This document shows positions 62,232 through 64,000 of a stretch of DNA of 64,000 nucleotides, one piece after another (position 1 is the first letter of the stretch; each line of letters opens with the position of its first letter). The notes under the pieces are model-generated. The model had not been told where the DNA came from, searched no databases, and was given only the letters and a program-made list of their open reading frames with translations. Origin of the DNA: Raillietiella orientalis. Lineage: Eukaryota. Made by a program: the position numbers and the translations under genes. The DNA is taken from contig JAYWIR010000013.1 in assembly GCA_036172245.1 (NCBI GenBank), positions 744,001 through 808,000 on the forward strand. Reading direction: 5' to 3'.

Positions 62232-64000
62232 TTAAGAACCATTGAACCTTCTGAGTACTGTCTGCTGATAAATGATACATGAGTCACTCAGACTATGAAC
62301 AATCTGAAAGGGCATGGGTTGAGGAGAAAGTCTTCCACAGATTAAACTCGTATGCTTCCCTCTCTTCGGCCTTGTGGTTGTGTTTGTGGTTGGAGATACT
62401 GAACAATCACATTCTTCTTCTGTGTATGAATCATCACTAATTTCCATTGAAAACTTAACATTATTAGATCCCAGATCTTCCTCTGGTATCGTCCTGTAAT
62501 TAAGAAATCATGGATTTAGGGAAAACAAATGACCATGCCACCTTGTAAAAGTATCTTCACTAGGGTCTGTCATGACACTAGCTAGATCCTCCAGAGAGGC
62601 ACATAGATTTTCAGAGTTCCGATGAAGACGACGCTGGATCAGACCTTCCATTAGCTGGAAATCTGTGGTTTCAGCAGATTTCAGCAGCCGACTTTCTAAT
62701 CGGTGGATAATTTCCGGGCTGGGGAACTTGGGAAAAGGATGCTGCTGCTGATTCATCACAATGGCAGAAGTGCAGGAAATGAACTGTTAACCGGAACAAC
62801 AGAACTAAAAACCTTCAATTGCTGCTGCAAAGGTTGATGAAATTGCATCAAACAAAAGGACTCCAATTCATCAGTGATGCTGGTGTACTCGGACCGTAGG
62901 TGAATAGGAGTGCTTCTTGGAGCAAATACCTACATAGAGACATGATGCACAGTAAAGAGGAAAATTGAAACTGTTACAAAATGAAAGCAACCTATCAACA
63001 AGAACTAAAAGACAGAACCTGAATAGCGGGGATAACCGAATTGGAAGAATCAGATGAAAGATTAGAAGAGGCCACCTCTCCCATCCAGCCTGAGACTAAC
63101 TTATTAAAGTTGGGGACAGCAAACCGGTTCTGCAAAAGTACCCAAGTAAATACAAGGTGTTAAGAATGAAGAAAGGACTAGAGGAACCCAACACTGAAGC
63201 ATTACTCACCAAGGCTGAGTGATTACGGCGCATATTATACCGAGGGACAACACCAGTCACAGAGGGCCACTTAATGGGATGGTCAAAACTTGAAACTGCT
63301 ATTTGTATCAATGTAAAATGAAACAGCTTCCATCTAATTGGGTTTGTAAACACTTACAGCTGATCTTGGAAACAGGATGGTGCTTCCGCCATTCCACATT
63401 TGAGTTGCAACTTGATGAATCATGACATTTTGAAATTGGTACTGAAGCATCCACATCACTAGGCATGTTAGAATCTGAAGCCCCTAATTTGGAAATGTTT
63501 GCATAACAGTCATCTTTCTGCTGAGTCAAAACACTAGGAGCAGTCACTGTATGGGGCAAATGAGATTTCTGATAAGTTGATGTACTGGGAGGATGAAGAT
63601 TTTGCAGTAATTGATATATTTGTGTCTCAGTTTGCTCCAGCTGCGATAACCGAAACTCTAGATTCTGAGCAGTTGCTCGATTCATCTTATCCTTGAAATA
63701 AAAATCATCCAATCTCTGATGGATGCTATCAACAAGATCCAAGGTAGTCTGCACACGTTGTTCCATCGATGCCAATCTTTTTTCTTCTTGCTCGCCGAAA
63801 TAGCCTTCCACACATTCTTCTTCAAAGTCATGGATTTCTTCTAGAGCTTCTCCTTCTAAAAACAGTTTTAATCCAAAATCGTAAGTGGTCTCTCGTCTCT
63901 TGCATCGCTTCCAGATATATTTATATAAAATAAACATGTGGCTGAAAATGATGAGGGGAGGGGGTAGAAATGGTTTCTGCTCATATTCCATAACAACCAT
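62232..64000 (-). CDS. Trpm: TRPM-family cation channel, C-terminal cytoplasmic part (5' portion beyond the right edge)
   Basis: VMEYEQKPFLPPPLIIFSH, GLKLFL, HDFEEECVEGYF and a coiled coil, then EYTSITDELE and AE..DFQLMEGLIQRRLHRNSENL. Exons approx. 64000-63358, 63298-63210, 63129-63019, 62929-62813, ~62747-62542, 62493-62232. The last junctions and the stop codon are less certain. Confidence 0.9.

Noticed and set aside
1..64000. CRISPR arrays, rRNA, tRNA, snRNA/SL genes, telomeric repeats
   Set aside because: None seen; the window is eukaryotic genomic DNA with no such signatures.

Overview
Eukaryotic, AT-rich, intron-containing animal DNA. Many introns are only 42-65 nt with TTTCAG/TTTTAG acceptors, which suggests an invertebrate, plausibly a nematode (inference). 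Five host genes were reconstructed by hand, all on the minus strand: the 5' part of a LAR-type receptor tyrosine phosphatase (3 Ig + 5.5 FN3 domains, runs off the left edge), TTC4/Cns1, tectonic, COX5B (largely invisible in the ORF track) and the 3' end of a TRPM channel (enters from the right edge). Mobile DNA comprises a full-length but dead Hsmar1-like mariner, a 5'-truncated RLE-type (NeSL/Utopia-like) retrotransposon end, a near full-length Tx1/L1-clade retrotransposon with an open 401-codon ORF1 and a decayed ORF2, and two more decayed Tx1/L1-like remnants in tandem. The least explained signal is a set of GC-rich, hairpin-dense modules. One starts right after the AAATAAA of the Tx1-like element (58925-59845), a short related one follows the AAATAAA of a second remnant (38650-38735), and a solo 300-nt island sits at 32221-32530. 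They could be an unrecognised structured RNA/SINE family used as a retrotransposon target, or a structured element terminus. Lar introns also contain candidate microexons and a candidate internal first exon. All calls are by eye; no searches or folding programs were run.
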